Below the pieces are notes generated by a model. That model was not told where the DNA came from. It was given only the letters and a program-made list of their open reading frames with translations, and ran no database searches. The position numbers and the translations under genes were made by a program. DNA of 62,066 nt, counting the filler, from Dugesia japonica (lineage: Eukaryota), in NCBI GenBank assembly GCA_001938525.1. It is 6 parts of 6 records of this genome, joined end to end, with 100 filler letters (N's around TTAATTAATTAA, not from the genome) between each part and the next. Parts side by side here need not be neighbours in the genome. Positions count along the whole stretch, not along the records: positions 40,114 to 50,177 come from MQRL01600001.1; positions 50,278 to 62,066 come from MQRL01542632.1; 4 more parts are not named here. One strand, 5' to 3'. Each line of letters opens with the position of its first letter. Position 1 is the stretch's first letter. Shown piece after piece: positions 48,701 to 61,890 of this stretch.

Positions 48701-50279
48701 TTAAGATAGACAAAGTAAAATTTCAACAAGAAAAATAAAAATTTCAAAATGGAAAATAAATTTCCAATAGAGATAATTAAATTAAATCTTTTAACTTCGA
48801 AAATCAAACTTTCACCATGGAAAATGAATTTTCAACATCGAAAATAAAAGTTTTAGCAATGAAAGTAAAAACTTTAACATGGAAAATAAATTTAAATATG
48901 GACAAAAATTAAAACAGTNGAAAGAAAACTATAAGACTCGAAATTAAAATTATTTTACAAATGACTTTATAAAAATTATAAGCTTTCAATTGTTACGCTT
49001 TAAAATTATAAAAATTCAAATATTGATATTCTTTGGGGAGAAAATTAAGATATGTATATTGCTCCGGAAAATTTAAGTTATTTTTTTGTTCGGAAGAGAA
49101 TACGAATGTCCCACAATAAAGATTTCTGTATCTAACAGTAGGAAAAATCAACTCCTTTATACGCTCAAAGTGCGTAAATCGTTAAGTCTATAAGCTTGTC
49201 GTCTATCAGTCTGTATTTATTTGGTTATCTATGAGCAGGTGATTTTTTCCTCAAAGACTCAGATTGTACAGAACGGCTGCAAATGGTCAATGATAAACTT
49301 ATATAGAGCTTAATTCAAAAATTATAATGCACAACCACACGAGATATATCAGAGATGTTAAAAACAAGTCAAGAATCTTTGAAATTCATTTNNNNNNNNN
49401 NNNNNNNNNNNNNNNNNNNNNNNNNNNNNNNNNNNNNNNNNAAATTTATATCACTCAAAATAAAATTACAAAAGTATAAATAAAATTAAGATAGACAAAG
49501 TAAAATTTCAACAAGGAAATTAAAAATTTCAAAATGGAAAATAAATTTCCAATAGAGATAATTAAATTAAATCTTTTAACTTGGAAAATCAAACTTTCAC
49601 CATGGAAAATGAATTTTCAACATCAAAAATAAAAGTTTCAGCAATGAAAGTAAAAACTTTAACATGGAAAATAAATTTAAATATGGACAAAAAATTAAAA
49701 CAGTCGAAAGAAAACTATAAGACTCGAAATTAAAATTATTTTACAAATGACTTTATAAAAATTATAAGCTTTCAATTGTTACGCTTTAAAATTATAAAAA
49801 TTCAAATATTGATATTCTTTGGGGAGAAAATTAAGATATGTATATTGCTCCGGAAAATTTAAGTTATTTTTTTGTTCGGAAGAGAATACGAATGTCCCAC
49901 AATAAAGATTTCTGTATCTAACAGTAGGAAAAATCAACTCCTTTATACGCTCAAAGTGCGTAAATCGTTAAGTCTATAAGCTTGTCGTCTATCAGTCTGT
50001 ATTTATTTGGTTATCTATGAGCAGGTGATTTTTTCCTCAAAGACTCAGATTGTACAGAACGGCTGCAAATGGTCAATGATAAACTTATATAGAGCTTAAT
50101 TCAAAAATTATAATGCACAACCACACGAGATATATCAGAGATGTTAAAAACAAGTCAAGAATCTTTGAAATTCATTTNNNNNNNNNNNNNNNNNNNNNNN
50201 NNNNNNNNNNNNNNNNNNNNNTTAATTAATTAANNNNNNNNNNNNNNNNNNNNNNNNNNNNNNNNNNNNNNNNNNNNTC

Positions 50280-51799
50280 ATAATTGTCTTTTGTGTATTA
50301 TCTTACATAGATATTTCAATTGTATTAATTAGATGATAATTAAAATATTACTAAAATTACATAGAACTCATTTCATTTTTTAAATAATTACATTGAAGTC
50401 GTGAAATATTTAATAAATTACATAGAAGTCTAGAAAAAAAAATTTATAAATTACAGAAATCAGTGAAATATTTTTAAAATTACAAAAAATTCCCACCAAA
50501 AAATAATTTCTTTGTCTAAATTGTATCAAAACAATAATTTTTAATTTAATTAGAACGTAATCGATTATGTAATCAAAGTAATTAAATTTTAAAACGCGAT
50601 TTTATTTCGAAATGCAAAAACGAATATAGAAATGCATTTGTTAAGCAGTTTAAATAAAGACACATTGATATGTCACTGGATAATATTTTTAAATACAAAA
50701 AATAATAATAAAAATAATAATTTTCCGAAAAAAAAAATTTCAAATAAACTAAAATTACCAAAAAAAAATTTTAAATAAAAAAAAATCCATAACTTTGGTT
50801 TGTGATTAATTGGTAAATTCAAAAAAAATGTTTTTAATGTAACCAGATATTTTGTTTTAGTATTGTATCAAATTAAAAAAAAATTTTAAAAACTATTAAA
50901 ATGAAAAAAAATTTTGTATGTAGCCAGATATTTTATTTTCTTTAGTATGTTATCAAATTAAAAAATGTGATAAATTTAAAAAAAATATGACAAAAAAATA
51001 TAAAGAAAAAATTTAAAAAATAAAAATTTAAAAAAAAACAATTTACAAAAAAATTTTTAAAAATTTTTAAAAAAATAAAAAATGTTAATAAAAAACAAAA
51101 AAACAATTATTTGATTAAAAACAAAAAAATTTCAAAAAAAAAATTTTATTTAAATAAAAACAAATACAATTATTAAAAAAAAAATAAAACAATAATTAAA
51201 ACAAAAAAAATTATATATTAAAACAAAAATTTTTTTTTCTAAGTTGTGTTTCCGTGAGGGGGGGGTTAATATTTAAGCAATATGTTTCCGTGAGGCGAGC
51301 AGGGTGTGGGTTAGAGAAGGGGTAATGATGTCTTTGTTCTGACTTTAAAAAAATTTCAAAAAAAGTATGACTCATAAAAAAATTTCAAAATGGCGGAAAG
51401 TAGAGGAGGAGTAAGGGGCTATGGTGTCTTTGTTCTTTATTTTCAAATAAAAGTATGAAATTAAAAAAATTAAAGTATAAAAAAAAAATTTTAAAAAAAA
51501 ATTTGATTGAAAAATAATTTATTTAAACAAAAATAAAATTTATTAAAATAAAATTTTTTTTTAAAAGTTATGTGTTTCCGTGAGGAGTGGTATGGTTTTT
51601 GTTCTGAAAAAAAGTATTTCTCATCACCAGAAAGTGGGCATGGGAAAAAATAAAAAGTGGGCGGAGCAAAAGATAAAAGTGGACGTGTCAAAAAAATGTG
51701 GGTGGAGTCCAAAAGTTGGCGGGGCTATGTATCATGGGGGAGGGAAGGGGTACACCCCCATCGAGGGGCCCCGGTTTGGTGCGCTCAAATCTACCTACT
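50280..51799. mobile_element. Probable Polinton-type terminal region: A-rich tract, short repeats, GC-rich tip ending CTACCTACT
   Basis: TGTTTCCGTGAGG three times (~51248, 51283, 51573), AAAATGGCGG, GC boxes. Terminus reverse complement AGTAGGTAGATTTGAGCGCAC resembles AGTAGGTAGATACTGGCGCAC at 47614. Confidence 0.5.
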
Positions 51800-52950
51800 T
51801 TCAATATCGCTATCTTGGGGTTGATTTTAATCATGAGCCCTTTCAAACTTCTACAAAAATGTTTGATAAAGCTGTTAGGGATCTTGAGAAAATTTCTAAC
51901 TCAGTTATGTATCCTTAGCAGAAAATCCATGCGTATCGAACCTCTTCATTCTAGGTTTACGTTTGCGTACAAGAAATTTAACATTCCGTTAGAAAAGTTG
52001 GATTGCAGTATGTATAATGAAAATGGGATTCTTCTGCGGGAGACGAATATTCCATGCAATCTCTAGTTCAAAATGTTTTCTTCCTCAGACAAGATTGTAC
52101 TGGATGTGGCTAGCAATGATCTTGTCCATGTTGCGACTAAGCATCTCAAGCATTTTGAATTCTGTTTCATAGATGATGCATTGGATTTGCTCTCCGTAGA
52201 TACCACCAACTCATATCTCATGCGTTGATGGTCTAAGTTTCATGATGCTATTTCTCATCTTTATAGATTGTATTACATACAAATTAAGTTAAAACAGAAC
52301 GAACTTGAAATTTGTACACAGATAATTGATTGTATCTTGGAAGGAAATTATTTGATTTCCTTCAAGGACCGGAGAGGTTTGACCACGATGCTTTATATTA
52401 TTTTGAGTTGGGCTCATACGAGAAAGTAAAGCAGTCTGTTTAAGGCAAAAATGCTGTCAACTGCAATGATGTGCTTGAGCTACTTGCCAGCTTTGTTAGA
52501 TCCAACACCATCTATAAGGTCATTGTTGATAAGATTTGTTAATTTTTCAACATAAATGATTGCATCGATCTTCAGCTGATAAATAGCGGGGCTAAACGTA
52601 TTATCCTATTGGATGTGAAGATTCTATGACATTTCCAATAATATTAAACTAGTCAGAGATAATAATATCGTCAAACACACACCACTTAAGGAAGATATCT
52701 TGAAAACGTGTCTGGATGTAAAATTTTCCTTGAAACAATCTCAGTGGGGTGCCTGGGATCTTAGTGTGTAGAAAACAAACCTGCTTTAAAACAGGTGGGT
52801 TTCAAGGCTAGTAGAATTAGGAAATTTGCTTTGATATTGATAAGAAAATGGATAGCCTGGTTAGCGAAAATTGGCACTCCCATAACGGATAGTCTGATAT
52901 AATAGCAATTCTGACCAAGAATGTAGAATTGTTTATGGCAGTGAGTCTAT
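51800..52950 (+). mobile_element. Decayed R2/NeSL-like non-LTR retrotransposon 3' part (RT tail plus restriction-like endonuclease)
   Basis: YRYLGV, MYP*QKIHAYRT, DLQLINSGAKRIILLDVKI (PD-D/ExK-like) and GAWD. Confidence 0.6.
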
Positions 52951-54114
52951 AATAGAAGAGTTGAAATAGGGTCCAAAATTTCAGGTGTTTTCTGAGTTTT
53001 CTTTATTTCCTAATTTTTTCCTTTTCTTTTTGTTTTTTTATGTTTTCTTACAGCATCTCCGCTGGCCGAACACGGACTTGATTATTCTTAGGGAGGGTTT
53101 TTTGGTCTGAAAAATGACTTTTGACTATCTTGGCATATTAATATGTCCTATGTTGATTCCTATGATTGTTTTTTTATTTTACACTTAGTGTTTCGGATTT
53201 CGTCAGTCTTATATAACGTTTGACGATTTAAGATAATTATATTCAGAATCAACAAAATATTCTTTATCCAATAGATACTTTTTTGTTAAAATTTGAGTTA
53301 CATTTTATTTTTTTCAAAATTTTATCATTAGAGATTGTAATTATCCATGAGAGCAACCCATACTAAGTACTTGTTTTTAATTTATTTCGCCAATGATAAT
53401 GTTTGACGTCTTTTATCTTTATTAATAATGATACTTGCAAACTTTATAATCACTACATGGTCCAGTGGTAATAGCAGTTCTTTTACAGTTCATCAATGGT
53501 GGTTTGATTCCTATAATTGTCGACTTATTTTTCACTTTGTTTTTCGATTTAAATTTTTTTCTATAACGTTTGACTATTTCTAACCATGTTTTCCTTACTC
53601 ACGTCAAATTCTCTATCAAATAGATACTTTGATGTTCAAATTCGAATTACTCTTTCCAAAATTCATAATTTCCTCAGGGACTCTCAAAATGAAGTACATG
53701 GTTTTTTCTATATAACGTTTTATCTATCAGATTTACATATTTGGAATCAAGAAAAGATTTTCTATCCAATTAATACATTAATCTTTACATTTGAGATACT
53801 TTTTCAATTTTCGAAAAAAGTTACCATATCCGGAGTACAGCTGAATATCTTCATTATGAAGCATTGCTACCGAGACGATATTTTAACTTTAAGTAGTCAC
53901 TTTTTCTTCCTAAGTAAAATATTACCAAATTTGAAACCATACGAGTTATGTACGCTGATAAAATTGAGCACCAAAATTCAAAATTTGCAATTTTCTACAC
54001 AAAACCTTATTTATTTCATCTCGGATAAACTTTGGCGATTTTATGTTTATATATCTGGAATCAACAGAAAACTTTCTATCTTATGGACGTCGTTATTTTA
54101 TTATTTTATCGATT

Positions 54115-56635
54115 CTATTACTGATATTTTATCACCAAAAGTGTTCTGCGGAGAAAATGATATTGAGAAATTTATCAAAAGATGGGAATTGTATTTTGAA
54201 GCTAAAAATATCACTCATGCGAAACAACAGGAGAGATTAGTCTCTTGTTTGCTAGATGAAGATTTGTTGGAAGAATATGCAAAGACTTGAAAAAAGTTGA
54301 AGGTTTTCAGGCTCGTTTACGTAAAGCATTTGGCAAAAAGAAAGATGTTATCAAAGATTTTCAAATTTTGATTAACTACAGGCGTTGATATGAAGAGATT
54401 TAGGTTTATTTTAAAAATGTAAAAGATTTAGGGGAAAGATTATTTACAAATAAAGATTTTTATAAGGAAGAAATGATTGCAAAGATTTTAATATTTTGTT
54501 CAGATAACAAAAAAGTTGAAGAAAAAGAGACGTTGCGGAAACGAGAGAATATAGAAGAAATTGAAGAAACAATGACGTTAGTAGATCGAGTAGAGAAAAA
54601 CANNNNNNNNNNNNNNNNNNNNNNNNNNNNNNNNNNNNNNNNNNNNNNNNNNCGAGAGAATATAGAAGAAATTGAAGAAACAATGACGTTAGTAGATCGA
54701 GTAGAGAAAAACAGAGATCGAGTTGACGCAGATAAACGTTACAAATTGAAATTATCAGAAACCGGTAATTTATATAGTGAATAGACATGTAGAACAAAGA
54801 AAGGAAAAACAAAATATCGAATGTTGGTTATGTCATAAGATCGGTCATACTAAAGCAAATTGTCCGACAAAAAAGTGGTAGAGTGCTGGAGTTGTCATAA
54901 AACAGGAAATATAAGTCGAGATTGTCCAAATAAAAAACCAACAAAATGTTTTGGTTGTGGAAAGGTTGGCCTATATAAGAAGGTTATGTCAAGAAGTAAG
55001 GTGGAAACGATGTAGTAATGGTTGACATAGAGGAGAAGAGTGCTACACAAATTTGAAAATGAAAAGAACAAGTGAGAAATTGATGACTGCAGAAAGATCA
55101 AGAAACCGATATAATCGAGTACATGCGATTGAAGATGAAGATTTCAGTACAAACGATGGATATGAGGAAGTATATGAAAGTTATTCCGAAAGGCAGTACC
55201 CAAAAGCCGGGGCTTCACCAGTAGAGGAGTTGGTTGTAGCCATCCATTGTTAAATGAAGTGAGTAATTATCCTCAGGAAGTCGAAAAGTAGGATGATATA
55301 GGAAAAGTTACAGAAAAAGTATACAGGTTCTTAAAGAGTGAAAATTTTGTGGACGATAGAAAAGTAGAATGGCTTGGAAAAATTGAAGCAGAAAAGAAAA
55401 CAAATATTTAGTAACATAAATTGCAAGGCAGAGTAAATGTTATGGTATCAAATTAAGTAAATAAAGTCAAATGTTTATAATATACATGAGCTCAAATAAC
55501 GTTATGAGTTTAAGTGGTTTTAATAAATTACGTGAACTACATTTAGAAATGAGTGATGGAACTGGAGTTAGAAATGAGTTAGAACTGGAGTTTGCAAAGA
55601 GGTTCCTTTCTTAGTTGCAGAAAAAGTGACACCAGATTTAATAAGAGTAGTAGATATGCAGAGGATTTTTGAATACCAGCTTATGAGAAAGGTTTATAGC
55701 AAAACGGATGAAAAATTCAAAAATTACATTTGCAATATTGAAGCAAAATTTGGAAGACAAATAATATAATGAGAGCGATTGACAAGAGCCTTAAATACTT
55801 GGAAGATTAAAGAGGGCCAACGGTTATTGAAAATAATTAAAGTAAAGAAGATGTTTTCATGGCAAAAAAATAGGATGAAGGACGCGCACATCTGACAAGA
55901 CATAAAATAAAATAAGTAGTAAACCAATCAATGTAAAACGGTATTGGCAACTAATGTGCTTAGAATCTAAAATTAAAGAAGCTATTCAAAACCTTTTCGA
56001 GATTAATTTTGTCCAAAAATGCAACTCTCTATGAAATACCCCACTGATTTGTGTTTGGAAAAGGAAAATAAAGATATAAGAATATGTTTGGATATCAAAC
56101 AATGAAATGAAGTTACGAAGAGGCAAGCTTTTCTGATGGCTAATGTTGATGAAATGCTGGACAAGTTAGATCGAGCCAAATATTTCAGTTCAATAGATTT
56201 AGGAAATGCGTACTATCAAGAAAAGCTCGAAGAAAAATCTCAAGAAAAAATGACGTTTTCAACGAAAAATGGACAAAATTGTTTTAATTAATCCAAAAAA
56301 GTGTCAGTTTCTTCAAAGCAAAATTAAATTACACATAATTACCATGGATGGTGTCAATTTAAAAAAGAACCAATAAGAACATTTGTCAAACCTAACTGTG
56401 TGAAGTTACAAAGTTTTCTGGAAATTTGTACTTACTACAGGAAGTTGATAGAAAACTGCGCAAGAAAGTCAAAGATATTAGAGCAGTTGTTTAGCGGATC
56501 AAGCAACAAGAACTTAGAATGGACAGATGAAATAAAAGATACTTTTGAGGGTCTGAAGAAAACGCTAATGACTGCACCTAAATTGTGTTTTCCGGACATA
56601 AACAAAAAATCCAGATCCCAGTTTTGATACCATTG
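54115..56635 (+). mobile_element. Gypsy retrotransposon (gag, protease, partial RT), same family as 42161-43860
   Basis: PKVFCGENDIEKFIKRWELYF (homologous to ~42205 onward), CWLCHKIGHTKANC, CWSCHKTGNISRDC, YFSSIDLGNAYYQ and LMTAPKLCFPD. Confidence 0.9.
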
Positions 56636-56663
56636 GAGCAATATTCTTTTTTTTTTCAAAAGT

Positions 56664-56700
56664 CAATTCCTGATGAAGACAAGGTCGAAATATCAAATTG
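56664..56700 (+). ncRNA. Minimal type I hammerhead ribozyme motif
   Basis: CAATTC-CTGATGA-A-GAC-AAG-GTC-GAAA-TA-TC-AAATTG. Confidence 0.68.
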
Positions 56701-57719
56701 TTATCCAATATCAATAAAAAAATTTTGATCAAAGCTTTTATATTAAACAAACAATCTCCATCAAATTCTGCAACCAAAAAAATTTTTAAAACATTTTCGG
56801 ATTCCCATAAAAAATTCATTTAAAAAATTTCAAAATTTTCATATTATTTTTACAACATATTATCACTTTCATATTGCTCACTAGGATTCCATAAAAATCC
56901 CATAAAGAATTTTTAAAAAACTTGAAAATTTAAACAAACTCAGATTTTCAAATAAATTTCCTTAAAACTCAACCCAATCTGACAAGCTCGAGTAAATTAT
57001 TTCTCAAATTATCCAAAAATTACCCAAACTGACCATTTTCTAATAAAAATTTGACCGATTTTACTCTTTTTTAATCAAATTGACCACAAAGAGGAAATAT
57101 TTGACCAAATTATTCAAAACTAACTCAAATTGACTATTCGCAGAAAACATTCAACCCAACTACCCAAAAATTACCAATCCCGACGAAAACTTCAACCAAA
57201 TCACCAAAATTAACCATTCACATAGAAATAATTTATGAAATCACCCAAAAATTACAAAAATTGACCAATCCCGAGGAAATAATCGATCAATTTCACCTAA
57301 GCAAACCAAAAATGACCTTAGTCGACCTCACTGAAAAGATTCCATGCAAAAACCACCTTTAATTATTTAACCTCACCGAATAATTCCCCAACCAAAATGC
57401 TTGAAAAAATTTGTTACCACTTAAAAAACCTTAAAAATATTACTGCTCACTACAAGTTACGTTAAAATAGTTTGGAGATAAATTTAATTTTTAAATAGCC
57501 TTTATAATATTTTAATCAATAATTTTATGGAGAATTTCAAATAAATTTAAAATTGTAAAAATAATAGCAACAATAATAATTTGTTAAATAAACAAATTAT
57601 TATTGTTATTGTTTAAAAAGCCTAAACAATTTTCCCAACTAAATACACAAGGAAATTTAAAAACAGTAACTTAATATTAATTAATATGATGCAATTTTTA
57701 AATTGCCAACTAAATGCAT

Positions 57720-58084
57720 TAGGATTATGGTTTGTTCTTGACCGCAACTACTCAAGACAAATAGTTTGTGGTCCCAAATGCATTTGTGATGGTAGAAATA
57801 TATGTAATAAAAAATATCACTTATAAAATAACATCCACCTTATGTAAAGAAATATATATAAGAGAATCATGCAGAAAAATGCGTACAAGAATTCAGGAAC
57901 AAAGAAAGTGAAGTCTTCCAACACTTTTAACATAATTAATATTTTACCGGATAAACATCATATTACATGTAAAACATTAAGAACAGGCTACCTTTCTACA
58001 CTTCACATGAAAAAACATGAACAAATATTGATCAAAGAGGATAAACCTATAATCAATGTGATTTATGATAATTATAATAATTAA
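57720..58084 (+). mobile_element. Penelope-like element GIY-YIG endonuclease remnant
   Basis: NITYKITSTLCKEIYIRESCRKMRTRIQEQ (degenerate GIY-YIG) and EQILIKEDKPIIN. Hammerhead-type repeats follow at 58190-58310. Confidence 0.7.
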
Positions 58085-58189
58085 AATAAATATCAATAAA
58101 TTAAAATAAAATAATAAAAAATTTAATATAAAAAAAATTTTTTTATTTAATATTTATATTAATATTTATCCATTGATAGTTTTTAGAAT

Positions 58190-58310
58190 TCATTTAAAAT
58201 TAAAGCTTCGATCAAAAATATTTTTTATTGATTTTTTGAGATTTATTCGAAATTTCGACTTTGTTTTTGTCAGGAATTGACTTCGAAAGTCAATTCCTGA
58301 CGAAAACAAT
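58190..58310. repeat. Head-to-head degenerate copies of the hammerhead repeat
   Basis: GTCAGGAATTGACTTCGAAAGTCAATTCCTGAC hairpin; minus copy 58244-58279, truncated plus copy 58291-58310. Confidence 0.7.
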
Positions 58311-59199
58311 TTAGGACCTACTGATAAATAATATTCAAAAACAAAATAATCAGAATACCTTTGAAATGGATTAATTTTGCTGGAAGTAAGAAAATAAATG
58401 AAAGAAATTTATTTATTTATCAGAATTATATTGTCGACTTACTAACGATTTTAAATCTGACCTCCAGAATTATGATGACGATCGATAAAATAATTATTAT
58501 TACTGAAGAAAAATAAATCTAATAAATTTAAACAAATGTCCTACATGAAGTCACCAGCAACGCAAACATCTTTTCTGAATGAAATTATACATTTAATTTT
58601 AGTGTAATAGGAAATTATATGAGATTAACCATTACGTATAATGATTATTTGAATTAGGTCATATGTATTATCAATTTTTATATATAACATTGCTTGTAAT
58701 CTAAAAACATGTGCAATTTACTCGTGACCACGGCGGGAAAATAAATATTACGTCAAATCACATCTCTGACTGATAGTATAACTTGAATTTAAAAACAGTA
58801 TAAAGATAAAGTGTCAAAATTATTTAAATAAATAATATATAAAGGAATGATATAATAAAACTTATTTCAAATATTTGTGTATTTAGTTCAGTTAATTCCT
58901 ACTTAGTTGTGACCACGGCCCTGGAAATAAATATAGCATCGAATCTTTTGCTTCACGTATAATAAAGTTTTAAATTTGTTTAGATGATTATATCTATATC
59001 CCTTGGACTAAAGTGGTTACACGTTTAACACATTATTTGTCTGAACACCATGTTTCAGCTCTTTTTGTATTTAAATTACAATTGGATTTTAAATTTAATT
59101 TTAAGTTTTTTAATATTAAATACTTACACTCGTCTAGAAACATTGAAGTTAGGTATAATTATTGTGTAAAAGTTACTTCTATGGTATACTCGGAGTTGG

Positions 59200-59730
59200 T
59201 TTTTTAGATAGGACAGATTTTAATTTACATATAAAAAAGAACTATGGTTATTCGCTTAAAAACACAAAAACATTTGTGAAATGTCCAGCAAAAGAGGTTA
59301 AAACGTGTCTATAATGATGGTAATTGATAAAAACGGTGTGGTTTCTTATGATATTCGAAAAGTTTTTTATAATGTGGATTTGTTAAAAACTTTTATCAAC
59401 GATAAATTATTAGATTTTTTCAGAAAAAGCCCAAATAAAATATTACTAATGGACAATTGTTCATTTCATAAAGAGTGGATGTTATGAGTTTATGTAATAG
59501 ATGTGGAATCAAGAGAATATTTCTACCACCATAATCACTTCAATTAAACCCAATAGAAGAATATTTAAGTCATTTAAAGATATTTTTTTTTGGATTAAAC
59601 GAAAAACCAAATAACAATAGGGATATGATGACGGTTAAAGAAAATTTAATTCAAAATGATTATATAGCTTTTGAAGGATTTTTTAGGCATATGATGGTTT
59701 GGATTGGAAAAGGTATAAGAAAAGTCGATT
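59200..59730 (+). mobile_element. Tc1/IS630-like DDE transposase remnant
   Basis: FLD..FNLH...YGYS...NVSIMMVI...LLMDNCSFHK...FLPP*SLQLNPIEEY. Confidence 0.85.
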
Positions 59731-59821
59731 TCATCGAACAATATAATATTAATAAATCTGATTATATTATTTAAAAAATAACTTTTTGTTTAAATAAATG
59801 TATGATTTAAAGACTTTAAAT

Positions 59822-60900
59822 CAGTGTTTCCCAACCATTTTCGTGCCATGCCCCACCAAAGCTTTAAATATTTAAATATGTATTCCATATAAAATGAAAA
59901 CTTTTAATTATTCAATAAGTATCTTAAATGATGGATTTCAGATATAAATAACAAGTAAGTTATTAAACAAACATTATAGTTCTGTGAGATCCTTGCGCTT
60001 AATGTTGGTTGCAAAGAAATTTTATGTTAGGTTTTAATTTTGTTAACTTTAGTCGTAGATTTTCTCGGTCTGTTATTTCCAACAGATTTCTTTTTTAAAG
60101 CATTAAATCATTTATGGAATTAAATTTGCTTTTAACTAAATACGAAGAAGGAAACGGTAACAATACACTGTTTCCTATTAGCGATTCTTGTTCTCCGTAT
60201 TTTGGCTCCTATCTGCACTATTTTGAATCGTTCCCAACTGTTTTAGTTGGTCGGGTGTAGTCTGCTGAGAAACCTCAAGCTCCTCTTGAGTTTGATATGG
60301 ATTTTCATCCAACAAATGCTCCAGATCTTTATCCGAAAATTCCGCTGACTTCCCGGTGCATTGAGAACTTGACAGATCCAGATTTCTGCTTTAAATAGTC
60401 TGTTTTGAATAGTTTGTAACTTACTGTACCTTCACCCAGAGCACATATAATGATTTCCGTTGCTTCATATGCCGTTTTCTTAATTGGATGGCTAATAGCA
60501 AACAATGCCTCAGATAAATTTTTTCGAATATTATTTAAATTTCTGTGGTTTTCGGCTTATTATATAAAACATGACTTTTTATATGTAGATATTGATTTTC
60601 CGATATTTAGTTTTAAATATTTACACATTAAGCAAAAATAACCTGTTGGATTGTGACTTTGGGTGAATCTACTATGGTGAATCACAAACAATATTTCTAA
60701 AAAGTTGGACTTGAAACCATTAAAATTTAAAAATAGGAACAATTCAATTTATATGATGGTGGTATATTCACTTATCAGGTTCGGATGTACAGCTACATCA
60801 CGAATGGCTATTTATATAACCTTCAAACAACGCAATCTTTGTCGCATTAAATTTGTATATTATAATCATAAACCTCTTAACAAATGAATTATGCAAGTAA
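59822..60900 (-). mobile_element. hAT (Charlie/SCAND3-like) remnant
   Basis: TIR CAGTGTTTCCCAACC at 59822; C-terminal motifs LLPFPSSYLV and LRLKLTKLKPNIK...H*AQGSH. Other boundary approximate. Confidence 0.75.
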
Positions 60901-61479
60901 ATATATGAAATTATATAGGAATTTTTATATTATAATAAAAAGTTAATATAATAAAATTTGTTGTTTTTTATTGAGTTTTGTACAATATTTAAGTGTAATA
61001 TTACAGGTTTTACTCGGAATGTAAAACTTAATTTTAATTAATGTAAAACACATGATACTATATAAGATAATAAGTCTTAAATTCAAAACAAAGAAAAGAA
61101 AATAGATTCATTTCAATCTATGGAATTTGAATTTTTATAAATTACACTAATGTTATGTTAATATGATCATAACATGGATCGATTTGATTTTATAAATAAC
61201 CTATGTTGTTGGCAACTCGAATAACTATTTCGTCTTAGACTTTTATGTTATAACATGTTTCAAACATGCTTTCAAATATTTATGAAGATCAATTAACAAT
61301 TTAAATTTGATACATAGAATAGAGTGTACTTTTTATTGCCTACACCTACCAAACTGAAACAGCTGAGAACGATTCAAAATAGTTCAGATAGGTGCCACAA
61401 TACGGAGAAGAAGAATCGCCCAATAAGAAAAAGTGGTGTCTCTTCTAAAAAAATTTAATAAGAAATATTTTATGCAATA

Positions 61480-61890
61480 GATCATAACGGAAGATAAAAA
61501 GCGGATATATTATGAAAACATCAAACGAATAAAATCTTGGGGTTTCCATGTGAACCTTCCCTTACTGGTCTCAAGCCTAATAGTCATGCAGTGAAAACCT
61601 TGCTGTCCATTTGGGGGAACTAAATGAAATGACATACTATCGATACTTGCTAAAATCAAGCTAACCTGAAAGATCGGAAAGGTGCAAAAGTCAATAAAGC
61701 TAAATAAGTGTAGCGTTAAAAAATTATATCATTTAATGGTGCTGTAACCAGGCCCATAATTATTTAGTATGACAAATCTAGACAACGTGTGTTAAAGACC
61801 TACGTGAACTATATTTTCTCTTTGAGTTGGGAATTCTCACTCATACAGCTTACTCACTTAATATTAGGTTTTCTTATTTTCCAATATTGT
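61480..61890 (+). mobile_element. Very decayed mariner transposase fragment
   Basis: ITEDKKRILYENIKRIKSW (TGDEKWI.Y.N-like) and a downstream HPAYS-like remnant. Confidence 0.5.

Noticed and set aside
48657-50177. ~735-bp direct duplication (also 8533-8597/8648-8712, 21770-22538/22589-23361, 54543-54602/54653-54712)
   Set aside because: Near-identical copies directly flank N gaps, typical of unmerged contig overlaps or haplotypes.
9883-50277. TTAATTAATTAA recurring about every 10 kb
   Set aside because: Artificial six-frame-stop linker inside N runs. It also rules out joining the TBP cassette, the Polinton and the 19.5-kb fragment into one element.
51580-52066. ORFs 51580..51918 and 51698..52066 as genes
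   Set aside because: They straddle the junction between a GC-rich element end and a decayed non-LTR element.
53586-54290. 234-aa ORF as a membrane protein or host-gag fusion
   Set aside because: Only the last ~55 aa are Gypsy gag; the rest reads through degenerate AT-rich repeats.
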